Assembly (NCBI RefSeq): GCF_006345805.1
Contig: NC_043003.1
Span: 44,392,001 to 44,456,000, forward strand
Source: Octopus sinensis
Lineage: Eukaryota
Direction: 5' to 3'
DNA: 64,000 nucleotides
Part shown: piece after piece, positions 23,833-38,615 of the stretch
How positions within the stretch are numbered: the stretch's first letter is position 1
Layout of the letters: each line of letters begins with the position of its first letter
Program-made: the position numbers and the translations under genes
The notes under the pieces: generated by a model
What the model was told of the DNA's origin: nothing
The model's database searches: none
The model's input: the letters and a program-made list of their open reading frames with translations, nothing else

Positions 23833-26800
23833 ATAAATAAATTTTTGAGTAACTCAAACAAGAGATCCAGGGTGGCCACATTCCGAAACTTCTACATGTG
23901 ACAGATCAGTAGAAGTTATTTTGTTTAACGTCACACCAACGCAAATCCCATCATTCAGAGACTTAGGGATATTTATTGAAGCCATATGCATGGCAGTAAC
24001 AGATAAACTTCTTAACATTAACTTATCAGATGTTGACAGCAAGCTCATGGTCCCCACGTAAGCTATGTTGGCGTTGGTGTTTCCCAAATTTTGTTTTCGT
24101 TCTCTATTATCAATTTTAGTCTCGTCTCTCAAATTACATAAACAAATGGCAGTAAGACCGTCCAGAAATTTAATTACACTAACATATTCAGTAACAATGA
24201 TAAATTTAATTTATCGTCGACAATTTTTAGTTTAATCAATTTCGAATATATCGCCCCTGTTTAAAGCCTCGAACCTACTTGACAATCGTATTTCTAGCTC
24301 TGCCTTGAAGGAAGCTTTACTTCGTGGACTGTTTTTATTTATTCTTTTTCTTTTTGTAGGCAACGATGCTGTTAAACATCTGTTAAAGGCACCGTATGCA
24401 GGCCTTTCCGTTTCCTTTCATGAACGGATAAATTTTTCACTACAGACCTCAATGATCATAAAGACAGTACCGGCATGGTACTTACAAACACGGGCAGCAC
24501 ACCCATCTTCACATTCCAGGAATGCAGTTGTGATCAATCAGATAGCGAGCAAGAATTCTGGATTGTTTTTCCGGTTTATTTACTTAATTTTTGGGAGCGG
24601 TCGTGTTCATTTATAGTATTCTAGTTTGTAAGAGCAGTCGAGTTTATTTCAGATATTCTCATTTTAAAAATCATCTCCGGCTAATCGTTAAGATGACGTT
24701 GGTGTTGCCTTTTGCGGAGGTTTGCGCTCTCTCAGTGATCTTGTTTCATATTATTTTCTAGCCATAATGTACATGATAGATTTTGATTTTTAAATACTTT
24801 TATTGATAGATTCAATATTGTGATTTCTCTTACTTTTATGCAAACTATCAAAATTAGCTTGAACAACCTGCCCATATACGTTTCACAAATACATTTTTGG
24901 TAACGTCTGTAACATGATTATCAGCTTCATTTGTTTTTCATTACATCTACTATCTCCTGATTCAGCAAAGCTATCAGTAGTAATCCTGTGAACCAATACA
25001 TTGTTCTATATTGAAGAGAGTACTTTCAAATGAATATTTCCTGGTTTAAATAGACAGGTGTTGTTTCAAACAGTTTCACAGCCATTTCTTTTTAAATGCA
25101 CATCTAATGGGACCCTGTAAATCAGAGAGTATATAAGATGTTAAATGTGTGGAATGTTACGGAAAAATAAACTGGAGAATTAGGTGAGTAGTGGTTTGCA
25201 TCTATACAAGCTGACCACTAATTGAACATATTTCAAAAGGAAACACATTATAGGCGAAACATTTTTGGAAGAAATGTAAAACATATTTTGTTTAATACTT
25301 TCTTACAAAATACTGTGAATATTGATTACAGTTGCTGGAAATTTAAAAACAGATATACATAATCTCATACACATAATTATAAATATGGGTTGGATTCTAT
25401 AGAAAAAAAAACAATACATTTAGTATTGAAGTCTAATATATCTTTATTTCCAAAGTTGAATTTTTTCTTTAGTAATTGACAAAGTGGTTGAAAGACAATT
25501 CAATATTATATGTCATGTTGAACTCGTATAATTTATATAAAGATCCTCGTTTGCAGGACAAAAAAGAAATTATTTTTCGGGACATTCTTTTTTTTTTGTT
25601 TCAGCGAAAACAAAAATGTTTTCAAGATCAATAGATAATATAAATGAATCTAACGTGTTGAAGCCTTCTGCTGTGTTTTCTTATTTATTCATTCTTCATG
25701 CAGAGAAATATAGAAAGAGACGATATACTGCGACAGAAATATTCTATTTCCGTTAGAATGTGGAAGAGCTCCCAAGAAATAAAAATTATGTTTTTAATTT
25801 TTGAATGCATACAAAATATTCCAGTCTCTTTATTTTATAATTATAAATTTTGATTTCGATGAGCACATTCAGTTTCCATGAATCGTTTTTTTTTTAAAGA
25901 ATCACGTCATGAACAAAGAATTTATTTCATGTTTGTCAGGCAGTTCATTGAACGGAATAAACATTTCAAATCTGCTTTCAATTGACAGAAACCCACACAC
26001 ACATATACAGGCACACGCGAAAAAACACACACAAAACCACACGCACAGAAATCAAGTCACTTAATCTTCTCTTGCAACTAGCAAGTCTCTGAAATGAGTT
26101 TGAACAAGTTATAAGACATAATATGATGAATGAAATATGTCCGTATTTATTCTATAATTTTTAAACAATTTCTCTAGCAACTCATTTATATTCAACACCA
26201 TACTGTTTTAGAGAGGTCACTTAATTCCATTTCATGTTTGTTAAGTTACAATTCAAATAATTTCATGGTGAACTGAATTTTTGAGTCAATTGCCTTTGAT
26301 GATATAATAAGGCAATGAACGATTACTGACGCAACGTGGAGTTTATCAAATCACGACGGCAATCTAATGTATACACATGAAATGTATACTTGAAATTACT
26401 TGAAGAAAAGTGAAAGAAGCTGACTCTACATACGATACATAATAGAACTACCAACATGGAATTATTTAGTTCATGGGCAAAATGTAATGCATGGGTGTCT
26501 ATGTATGAGTATCTGTTATACGTATATATTGCTGACTGGAATTGCCTCCCAATTATTTCAGCTCTCTTGAATAGCTGACAACAGAATATATATATATATG
26601 CAGTTGAAATACTCCTGTCACAACCTGGTACCGTGAAGACTGCTTTAATGCAAGAAAGTATACTAGTCCCTTAATATTTCAATATTTCATCTATTCAATA
26701 AGACAATCAATACTTTATTTCATTTTACTATATATATATTATTCATACTATATATTCTATATTCTACATTCATATTATAAAGTATATAAATGAAACATAA

Positions 26801-26861
26801 AAAACAGAGTTGGAATTTCTTTGAATAATATATATGCCTCTATACACAATCATACAAACGC

Positions 26862-27065
<204 letters not shown>

Positions 27066-27254
27066 ATACGCTGGCTGCTGAAAATTTTTCGGATTTCGGT
27101 AACAGAAAACAGGAGGGTCAGTTAATTACGATTATATTTCACATCTTAACTTCTGACATCTACACGTGTATTATAATTCAGTTTTTCTAAGCCCTGTGAA
27201 GGAACTCGGAATGTTGGGCCTCCAACCAGACATTAAAGCCAGGACATTTTATAC

Positions 27255-27455
27255 ACTCTTCGTATATTCTCTTAATTATTTCAGTCATCTGAATGCGTCA
27301 ATGCTGGAGCATCGCCTTTAGTTGAACAAATCGACCCCAGGACCTATTCGTTGTAAGATTAACACTTATTCTATCAGCCTCTTATGTAAAACCGCTAAGT
27401 TACAGGATGTAAATACACCAACATAAGTTGTCAAGGGATAGTGGAGGAACAAACA
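27255..27455 (-). mobile_element. 3' half of a second SINE family
   Basis: Reverse complement aligns with 45490-45678 (CTTGACAAC...CCGTAACTTAGCG...GATAGAATAAG...GGGTCGATT...ATGACTGAAA). Confidence 0.75.
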
Positions 27456-27467
27456 AAAATACCCCCC

Positions 27468-27498
<31 letters not shown>

Positions 27499-27563
27499 TG
27501 GTTTATGTACGTATGTATATGTATATACATATATGTGTGTGTGTGCGTATGTTTCTGTGTGTA

Positions 27564-27623
<60 letters not shown>

Positions 27624-28311
27624 GTAAGAGGAGGGATACAATATCCAGGCGAATTTTCCCCCAACAAACAGTTGGAAAAAATCATCTCATTGAAGAACGT
27701 CTTAATTTACAAGTACTACTAACCCTAATTCAAAGTATCATATAATCTCATACTTATATTCCCTTCAGAGATCTTACTATGACAGACGAAATGTTTCTGT
27801 CCTCTCTGTACAGCTGAGCAATATTCTATCCTCTTTTCCAAACATAAACTGGTAAACACGTTCACCGAGGGAGTTTACAGTTGTTCACACTGGAAAACAG
27901 TTTTGTTTCAGTTTGCCCTGTCTTCATAGTGAGTTCCTGGCACAATCTAGTATGTTTTGAATGGATCTGATTGGTAGAGTATAATCACATGGCTGGTCCC
28001 CAAAATTGCTGTACGTTCCCCGCTACGTCCGTGTGTTAGCATGAAGTGACAATGTGTGGCGTCGTAAGTTAAGGCTGATTAATTTGAGCGATGAATTGAC
28101 CATTAAAACAAGGCAAATTCCAAACACAAGTCAGAAGCAAAACAGCCGTGACATAAGCCGCATCTTTCTGTCAAAATTTTTGAAAATCAGTGTAAACTGT
28201 GAAAGTACCTAAAGCTTTAAATATACTAATAAAATTCATTTTAACTACTCTCAACTAATTTTCAATTTCTTTTCTTCCTATATTTCTCCCCGTGTGGTAT
28301 ACACACACACG

Positions 28312-28402
<91 letters not shown>

Positions 28403-28635
28403 CAGCAAGAGGAAGCTGCTGACTTCCACAGTTCGAAGGTTGTAATGGACACAGGTTTGTGTGTTACATTGCTAGCTAGAGGCGATGGCCTGTTGGAGCT
28501 AATAAATGGCACCATTCTTCCTATTTTCCTGGACCGCCGATAACTATTAATATCCAATACTGTAGTAGTCTCCTTTAGAGAGATTTAGAAATATTAATAT
28601 CTCTACTATATCTATATATATCTCTATATATTTTC

Positions 28636-29345
28636 GTATATAAATAAAAGAGGCAGGTAACAGTTTGCTTAGCCACATACCGAAAATTTAGACATAGCAG
28701 TCAAAGAATGTTTATTTCTATTTTCTACAAATGAGACTCTACATACAACATATCCCTGTAATTCGCATATGCAAACCAGAAGGAAGAAACAACGAAAGCA
28801 ATGTCTCATGCTTATTTACGAACGCGTTTCTAGATTAGGAATATAAACTCCATGTCTTTCATCAGTGTAACCCTCCATTTAAATAGATTTTTCAAATGCT
28901 ACGTAGCTCTACTTCCCGAGCAAGTGACGTCGGAATAGTGGAAGAAAGCAAGCATAGGCCAAACCTATACAGACGATTGAATCCGCAATTTTCCCTCCAA
29001 AATTTTATCATGCGTATTACAAAAAATGTTCCTTAGAGATTGAAATATGGGTTGTCATAAGGGAGTGAACATTTCAATTAGTAATATAATAAGAGTAAAT
29101 AATAGTTTTAACGGTTTTTAAATAAACCAACACTTATTTACGGGTAGATTTCCGCATGTAAATATAAAAATTAACGCTAGGAACTTTTATAAAAGTTCAA
29201 TTTATATCTTTGTATATAAATAAAAGAGGCAGGCAACAGGTTGTTTAGCCACATACCGAACTATTAGAAATAGCAGTCAAATACTGTTTATTTCTATTTT
29301 CTACAAATGAGACTCCACATACGACATATACCTATAATTCCCATG
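28636..29345. repeat. Two diverged direct copies of a ~135 bp repeat (28636-28770 and 29213-29345)
   Basis: TATATAAATAAAAGAGGCAGG...TTAGCCACATACCGAA...TTTCTACAAATGAGACTC in both; about 85% identical by eye. Confidence 0.8.
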
Positions 29346-30029
29346 TCTAATAAACCTGTTGCAGCTATTCCAACAAAATGTCAAGTACTTACATAAAATA
29401 TGCCACTCTAATTTAATCAGTAGCTCCTAAAATAATCGGGTCTCAAGTGAGACTAGACCGAGCAGAAATATGTCAGCATATTTTCAAGTAATGCTCACCT
29501 CATGTAGTATGTTTCACACTATATATGTATTATCCCTTGTATTTACTAAACATTACGTCTTCTTCTATTTAAATGAATATGTATTTGTATTGGGTTGAGC
29601 GAGTGTGGTGAATCACATACTTTTAGACATACAAGCCCTCAAACAGAGGAGGCAGAAGCAGTTTTTCTTCACTCTGTATCAATTATATCTCTATTGGATA
29701 ATGCCGCCAGCACATTATCTAATCTGTAACAGAATTGCAAGAGTCCATATGGAAGTGCATAGGAATTTGAAATTCGTGGCACATCTACATCTATGATCCA
29801 CAACCTTTTCCTTCCCCAACTTTCAGAGATCTCTTAATTCTCTACCTGAATTCATTAGAAAAATACCATTCGTATGAATATTATTCCCTCCTTCCACTCC
29901 AGCGATTTGAAGCACAACATATTTATTTTCCCCACAGTTTTTCAGAAAGATTTCTCCGAGCAGCTCAAATAACCCCAACCATATACACACATAAATTCAC
30001 ATCCATCCAAAACTGTATTATTAGTAATC

Positions 30030-30251
30030 AGTATAGACGGTAACCACTTAAGGTATGCGGAAAGGTCAAAGCATTTTTATGGCATACACTGCATAACGTC
30101 TCAGTATGTGAAGCAATGAGGCCTGAATAAAAGCGTTACATGAAAACTTTTGTATTACTACTTTTATGTAGATGTATTGTTTTAATCTTTTAACACAAAT
30201 TCTGGTACGATATACATACTCACAGAAGTATATATATACAGATACATATAC

Positions 30252-30282
<31 letters not shown>

Positions 30283-30284
30283 AA

Positions 30285-30342
<58 letters not shown>

Positions 30343-30900
30343 CGCACACACGCACGTACACACACGTATATCATCTGCGCCTAATGCTACATGTCAGATG
30401 GCGGGATCGCATTCCTAATTCAGGGGTCCTAAATCACACTCGTTCAGTTAGTGTGAGGGTTTTCGTTACCTCATCACAGGGATACATACGTAGGATAGAG
30501 GCGGCTAGGTTCCTAGTAGATATTTTGTATGCTGAACTGCGTCACGACCGGAAGGGCCGTGGTGGCCAGAGATTGTGATACATGGGTGTCTTGAGGGGAT
30601 ATATGAAAAACTCCAACATTTTCCCAGACACATAGGTGAAAAACCCGCAGGGCAATAAATGCCACCGATCACTGAAGTTCGTAATTTCAGCAAGTAAGGA
30701 AATATAACAGAGAGTAAGGAAGATCACATGAGAGGATTCACTTCTCCGTTGTATCAAGTAACTTTGCTAGCAGCAGATGTCATCCCTGCTAAACATTAAG
30801 ACCAAGCTTTCTAACCTACTTGCGAGCCTGCCCACGGGATGTATGTCGATTTCTAGAATAAACGATTCATTATTTCCAGAAACTATGATACAACATCCCA
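30030..30900 (+). mobile_element. Highly degenerate RTE-type LINE 3' remnant (part duplicated at ~31830-32350)
   Basis: LHVRWRDRIPNSGVL...GYIRRI...ILYAEL..RKGRGGQRL resembles the RTE C-terminal I.WQD.V.N..VL...GHV.RM...LYGEL..G.R..G motif. Confidence 0.55.
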
Positions 30901-31733
30901 GATACACATGCACTTGTAATTTGCTCCTGTAACAACAAAAGATTTGCAAACCTATGTCTGCAGTAAGTTCATTAGGGCCATTTTTTAAATATTTTACAGT
31001 AAAAAACAGAGGGTAATGAGAAAATTGAAAGTATACTATGGAGAATAATTAGAACACGCAAGATAAGAAGTTTATTAACATTTATGACTATAAGTGTTTC
31101 TAAAAAATATTTCACAAACATCACCGCAGGAAGTCGGTTTACATTACATGATAAAATAAGCATTATTATTTATATGATATAAGCCAGGTGTTCCGAAACT
31201 TTTCCTGCCATTTACCACCTACAACTTTAAAGAAATTTTCGCCACACACATTTGATTAGTAATTTCATTTTAAACATTTATCAGAAGTAAACAAACCGAC
31301 AAAGAAAAGGACTAAAATGCTGTTTTTCTGTTTTAAATATCAGTAATGTAAATGCAGAATAACAAGTCAAAATGTTGCATAAAGCAATATTAATTACATT
31401 TACGTAATTAATAATAAACAATATATATACCAGTAGCAAGGTCCATGATCTGACGGAAACTACCTCATTAGAAACAACACAGTAATTAGTAAATACAAAA
31501 ATGTTAGTTAAATACTGACTAGAAGAAATGATATTTTTCACAAACTTAATTTTTTAAACATGAAATTTGAAAGAAATGGAAGAGAAATAGGCATGTGGAG
31601 ACACAATAAATATGCAGAGTGTGATTAGGAAATTATTTTCTATAAGTTCTATAGCATATTACTAAAATTTAGAAGCAACAATGTGCAATGCTCTCATATA
31701 TATATATATATTATATATATATATATATATAAA

Positions 31734-31791
<58 letters not shown>

Positions 31792-33161
31792 CGCACACAC
31801 GCACGTACACACACGTATATCATCTGCGCCTAATGCTACATGTCAGATGGCGGGATCGCATTCCTAATTCAGGGGTCCTAAATCACACTCGTTCAGTTAG
31901 TGTGAGGGTTTTCGTTACCTCATCACAGGGATACATACGTAGGATAGAGGCGGCTAGGTTCCTAGTAGATATTTTGTATGCTGAACTGCGTCACGACCGG
32001 AAGGGCCGTGGTGGCCAGAGATTGTGATACATGGGTGTCTTGAGGGGATATATGAAAAACTCCAACATTTTCCCAGACACATAGGTGAAAAACCCGCAGG
32101 GCAATAAATGCCACCGATCACTGAAGTTCGTAATTTCAGCAAGTAAGGAAATATAACAGAGAGTAAGGAAGATCACATGAGAGGATTCACTTCTCCGTTG
32201 TATCAAGTAACTTTGCTAGCAGCAGATGTCATCCCTGCTAAACATTAAGACCAAGCTTTCTAACCTACTTGCGAGCCTGCCCACGGGATGTATGTCGATT
32301 TCTAGAATAAACGATTCATTATTTCCAGAAACTATGATACAACATCCCAGATACACATGCACTTGTAATTTGCTCCTGTAACAACAAAAGATTTGCAAAC
32401 CTATGTCTGCAGTAAGTTCATTAGGGCCATTTTTTAAATATTTTACAGTAAAAGACAGAGGGTAATGAGAAAATTGAAAGTATACTATGGAGAATAATTA
32501 GAACACGCAAGATAAGAAAGTTTATTAACATTTATGACTATAAGTGTTTATAAAAAATATTTCACAAACATCACCGCAGGAAGTCGGTTTACATTACATG
32601 ATAAAATAAGCATTATTATTTATATGATATAAGCCAGGTGTTCCGAAACTTTTCCTGCCATTTACCACCTACAACTTTAAAGAAATTTTCGCCACACACA
32701 TTTGATTAGTAATTTCATTTTAAACATTTATCAGAAGTAAACAAACCGACAAAGAAAAGGACTAAAATGCTGTTTTTCTGTTTTAAATATCAGTAATGTA
32801 AATGCAGAATAACAAGTCAAAATGTTGCATAAAGCAATATTAATTACATTTACGTAATTAATAATAAACAATATATATACCAGTAGCAAGGTCCATGATC
32901 TGACGGAAACTACCTCATTAGAAACAACACAGTAATTAGTAAATACAAAAATGTTAGTTAAATACTGACTAGAAGAAATGATATTTTTCACAAACTTAAT
33001 TTTTTAAACATGAAATTTGAAAGAAATGGAAGAGAAATAGGCATGTGGAGACACAATAAATATGCAGAGTGTGATTAGGAAATTATTTTCTATAAGTTCT
33101 ATAGCATATTACTAAAATTTAGAAGCAACAATGTGCAATGCTCTCATATATATATATATAT

Positions 33162-33180
<19 letters not shown>
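30281..33180. repeat. Tandem duplication of ~1450 bp (30281-31730 and 31731-33180)
   Basis: Duplicated ORF calls offset by 1449-1450 bp; three differences seen; junctions in (TA)n. Confidence 0.95.
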
Positions 33181-33212
<32 letters not shown>

Positions 33213-33451
33213 GTGTGTGTGTAATTGTATGTATATATATATATGTACGCATATATATATAGCATATGTAATTATACATATCTGTCTCTTCCTCTGAATC
33301 TGTCTGTTTGTCTCTATGTGTATTTGTCTCTCTCTCTCTCTCTCACTCTCTCTACATATCTATTGGGTCATTGCTGCTGCAATTTTTTGCTAACTCAGTA
33401 TAATATTTGTTTAAGAAAATAATAATCGCAGACCCTCAGCTTACTTAATAA

Positions 33452-34410
33452 ATGAAGAGACATATTGTTATTGAGTTTATAAAGGCTGGGTATAGCGATT
33501 TAGAAATATCTCGATTTTTAAGAGTCGACAGAAAGTTTGTAAGGAGCGTGAGACAGAAGATGGAAACGTATCGCCAGTATCAAAGCATAAAAGCATTCTA
33601 AATGCTGTACAATCCAACAAGTCCAACAGAAATTCCATGAGGTCAATTGCAAAACATCGCCATGTCTCAGAAGGAACAGTCAGAAATGTTGTCCACGAAG
33701 ACAGCAGATATATGCCTTATGTGATGAGGAAAGGTGAAAGCAAAAGAAAATCACATTAGATCTAAAAGGCTCTTAAGCAAACTGAAAAACCCAGCAGAAG
33801 ATTTTATTTCGTTTTTTTTACAAGCGGGGAAAACTTCGACCATGATCAAAAACTTAACAGAAAAGGCAGACGGTTATGTGCAGCAAATTCTAAATTTCCA
33901 TGTGTTATGCATACAAATTTTCCAGTAACTGTCAGGGTTTTATGGGTTGTTAGCTACGAAGGACATGTGATGCCTCCTTACTTCTTTCCTCAACTCTAAA
34001 AGTTAACTGTGCCGCCTACATGGATGGCTGAATTTTTTATGATCACAATCCCTAACATTTGGCCTCCCAATTCCCCAGATCTGAATCCATTGAAGAATTA
34101 CATGTGGAGAGTTATTGAGAAAGGGAGAGAGAGAGAGGTCAATGAACATGCGCATAATACCAAAGACACTTTGAAAGTTGCCATAGTCAGAGCAATGTCC
34201 AAAGTGATGCAGGTCTGCTTGATTCAAGCATGCTGATGATTTAGTTCTTGTGTAGAAGCAGTTGTTGAAGCTGAAAGTGGCTCTATTGAACAACATTATA
34301 CAAAAGGTTTATTTTTATCCTCATTGCATTTTTTGATAAATAAAGTTATTAACTGTTATTATATATATGTATTCTTATAAATATAAACATGTCCTCCTGC
34401 ACACAGAAAT
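33452..34410 (+). mobile_element. Degenerate Tc1/mariner transposase (maT/DD37D-like)
   Basis: MKRHIVIEFIKAGYSDLEISRFL (HTH); SMRSIAK..VSEGTVRNVVHED; VSYEGHVMPPYFF; WPPNSPDLNPL..YMW; AVVEAESGSIE. Frameshifted; TIRs not clearly resolved. Confidence 0.85.
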
Positions 34411-35787
34411 TCAGTTATTAATCAAGAAATAGTAAATCCAACTGCACTAATTACCCCCGTTAATAAATTTAAAATGCGCAATAAAGAATTCAGTGTAGAG
34501 CGATCTATTATAACGAAAACCACACCATAAAATACACACACCAGAAACTGTAAATTATGCACAAAAGAAGCCATCTATATATTCTGTGCTGACAAAAATA
34601 TTTACTCACTAAGATCTCGGATCTCATTATTCTTTTAATAATTTTTCAAAACATAATTAGTTTATATTTTAACCTAGTTATTCGTTATGTACTTGGATTC
34701 ATCTTCAAACACTATTATCTATATCTTCATAATGTAGTTAAACATGTAATTTTAGCTCTTATTATATTACCTGCCCGAACGTTTTTTTTTTAATTCATTT
34801 TGTGTGTTGAGGATTGATTTGTGCTGAGGGATATTTTGTGCTGAGGCTTGTTTGGTGATACTTTCCAGCAGTGTTTTAGTGTAACGCCATCATTGTTTGG
34901 TGGACGTTACTGAAAATGAAGAGCTACAAGACAGCAACGGGGAGTCAGGTCGAGAAGTGAGAAGCATGATTTCAATACTTGGCTTTATCTATATTCCAAC
35001 ATCTGCATCACAATTATTTTCTAAAAGTTTTAGTTATCTGATATAACTTCAATTATTCAACTTGCGTGTTATTTGTTTCGTAGGTTTTAGAAACTAAATA
35101 GAAAAAGCTTTGATATTATAAATAAATGTTTCACTTACTATGTCATTCATAATATTTCTGAGACTGCTATGGCTGCATTTTGAAGAATACATATTGCAGG
35201 TGTTTGTACTCAGTGAAAATGTTGATAGTCAGAGCCAAAGCCTCTGCATTAGAATTTTTATTTATCTTGCCACTTAGGCAGAATTTGTATTTTTGAGGGT
35301 GCCTTAAAATACAATCGTTTCCAATGTTTCTATTTCTGTGCTTAAGCACAAAAGCCCTTCCTATGTACATGCCTTTTTTTTTTATTCTATAGACATTAAG
35401 CTGATGTTATGTGAGTTTTAATCTTCATATCGTTGGCAATCTTATGCCTTGTTTGCATGAAATATATTAGTTATTTGAAATTTTCCCTCGTTATATGAGA
35501 AATATGTATAAAATTGATTTCCGAATGTTATTTGTATCGTTGTCGTTTCAGGCAATTTTCTTGCATTTCAAGCTTAGCTGCAATACACCAACATTCCGAA
35601 TGCTTGTATAGTTGTAGATTATTTATAGTCAACGCAAGCAATATGCATGGGTCAAGACACATGCAGATTGCTGTATATTTCTCTATCATGAAACCGCCCG
35701 TCCCTCATATATAGCATTAAATATTCCAACGTGTCAGAAATATGACAAGTTATTTGTAAGTATATATATACATATACACGCACACGG

Positions 35788-35823
<36 letters not shown>

Positions 35824-35832
35824 CACACATAC

Positions 35833-35909
<77 letters not shown>

Positions 35910-35935
35910 TATATATATAATATATATATACATAT

Positions 35936-36003
<68 letters not shown>

Positions 36004-36776
36004 CGCGTTGTTTTACTGTGCTTACAGCTTTTCGGACTGAAACGTATTAAAGAATGAAAGAAATATGCATACACACAGAGCAAACAACGGGGATGAAAAA
36101 TTCGAGCGTATAATTCTTATTTTGATATCAACCAAAATCTGAAGTTTAACGCATCTATAATACAATATTAGTATTATAATTTATTGATTTCTTCAATATT
36201 AATACGGTTAGGCAATGTATTCTCCGTCTGTGTGAGTGTAAGTATATTCGTTCCAGTATTTTTTACTATAATCTATTTCATACCACATAGAATATTGCGT
36301 ATATAAGAGTATGTGTATTCAATATATGCGAACGCACACCATATGCATGTATGCTCCCTGAATATTGATACTAGCCTGTTTATTAGATTTTATTTTGTGT
36401 GTGTATGTATGTGTGTGTATTTGTACATGAATGTGTCCATGGTACTTCAAAATGAAAATTTACAGTGTGCGTATGACATACACATTAAATGTGTATGTCT
36501 ACTTCAAGCAAAAATATATATAGAACAGACATAAAAATAATGTACAACACACACACACTCACACAAGCCCATAAAAACACACACAAATGCAAACGCACAT
36601 ATATGAATACATAGGTATATTAATATATACATTCATCTACATCAACAAATATATAAATATATATTTTATAAATATCTATGCGTGTGCCTATATATATAGC
36701 TGTAGGTCTATAAATTTAAACATATATATGTGTATATATATGTGTATATATATATGTGTATATATATGTATATATA

Positions 36777-36807
<31 letters not shown>

Positions 36808-36957
36808 GCTTAATACCTTATGCATATGCATTTTGTAACTTTTGTTAATGGGTGTGTAAGTTTATAGGTTCATGTCTGTCTGTAGCTTTTCTTCCATATA
36901 TACACTCTCACACATACACACACACACATATATATATATGGATATATATGTATATAT

Positions 36958-37022
<65 letters not shown>

Positions 37023-37023
37023 C

Positions 37024-37070
<47 letters not shown>

Positions 37071-37089
37071 ATATATATATATTATATAC

Positions 37090-37124
<35 letters not shown>

Positions 37125-37444
37125 GTAAGCATATATGAATACACGTATATACTTTTACCTTACATTGGTGTGTATGGCTCTGTTTCTGTGTGTGAGTGCA
37201 TTACTACAGCGAAAAATATAAGAAGCGTAACACGGCAGACAAAGATATTACTATGAAAAAAAACCATATATGAAATTTGGCTTCCTAGCATCGTGTGTAC
37301 ATTTAATATTGGTGTTGTATATTTTTATACCTACTTAAATGCAATAAAATTTAGTTTTCTCATTCTTTTTTGCTAGATATTTGCGTTTTTACGGCGAACA
37401 AATCTTACATTATACGTTGAAATTCACAGCCCCTCCGTGATCTT

Positions 37445-37630
37445 CTCTCTATATTGCTAATTCTGGCTCTCCCTTTCTCCCTCCCTCTATCTATTTCTCT
37501 CCATTCCTCCCTCTTTCTCTCACTCCCTCTTTCCCTCCCTCTCTCTTTCTTTCCCTCTTTCCCCTCTCTCTTTTTCTCTCCCTCCTTCCCTCTCTCTCTA
37601 TTTCTCTCCCTGCCTCTCTCTCTCTCCCAC
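37445..37630. repeat. Polypyrimidine CT-rich low-complexity tract
   Basis: Visible imperfect (CT)n/(CCCT)n. Confidence 0.85.
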
Positions 37631-38409
37631 ACACTTTGTCCAACACACTTTCACTCTCACACTGACAAGCGTATATTCATTTATATAATTATGCATGTAT
37701 ATTCATGTGTCATATATGTATATTTGTATGTAGATTTACACACAGATGTGCACATGTACGCAAACGCACACATATAGGCATATGGGCATATATGTATTTA
37801 AAATCAATTCCTTGACTTATATTTACTATACACTAAGATTTAAAAGTAATTTCATAAATGTTTTTTACAAAACCATTAGATAATTTTTCCTAAACCTCGC
37901 ACAGTTTTACTTACTTTATAATACAGGCTCTTATTTTACACATTAGCTCATATTTGGAGGAATCATACACAAAATTAATGGCATTGCAATTTTAGGAAAT
38001 TAATGGCATTGCAAGAGTAAAAAAAATATGTGTAAAGGCGTTTTACATATGATTGTTAGACAGAATAGCGATATGTTAATACAGATATGCAACAAAATAC
38101 TTGATATGCTTGGTTAGTGTTACCAAACGAATGCAATAATTGGAGGTACACATTATCCACTATCGATTAAGTTGATACCAGTGACTTACAAAGGTTTTGT
38201 TTCAAAAGAAAAAAAGTATGAACTTTACAGAACCAAAAAATTCAATCAAAATTTCCGTGTGGTATAGATGTTTCAGTTGGTTCGTGAAATTCAAACGTCT
38301 CTTCATAGTCATCACAGAAAACACATTATACATCAGCCTTATAAAGTGCATCTTATTTGGGCTATTTCAGACTTTCAATTTTGTGAGTTTCCATAAGTAC
38401 TTCGTTTCA

Positions 38410-38615
38410 AATTTTGGCACATGTTCATCGAATTAGAGGGTGGGGCAAGTCAATTTCATCGAGTCTAGTACTCAGTTGGTACTTATTTTATCGAGCCCCC
38501 AACTGGATGAAATGCAAAGTTAACCTCGACAGAATGTGAATGCAGAGCGTAAACACCAGCGATATGCGGCTAAGCATTTTGCCTGGTATGTTAACGAGTC
38601 TGCCAGCTCGCTGTC
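38410..38615 (-). mobile_element. tRNA-derived SINE, same family as 21010-21207
   Basis: GGTACTTATTTTATCGA...GATGAAATGCAAAGT..CCTCG...TCTGCCAGCTCGC is the reverse complement of the SINE body. Confidence 0.75.

Noticed and set aside
25123-25190. Plus-strand perfect donor TAG|GTGAGT with an upstream AG (similar case near 43320)
   Set aside because: All frames are closed and there is no supporting exon chain.
27778-27889. Minus-strand segment with good acceptor (CTGTTTTCCAG) and donor (GTAAGA)
   Set aside because: All three frames contain a stop; at most a non-coding exon or decayed TE.
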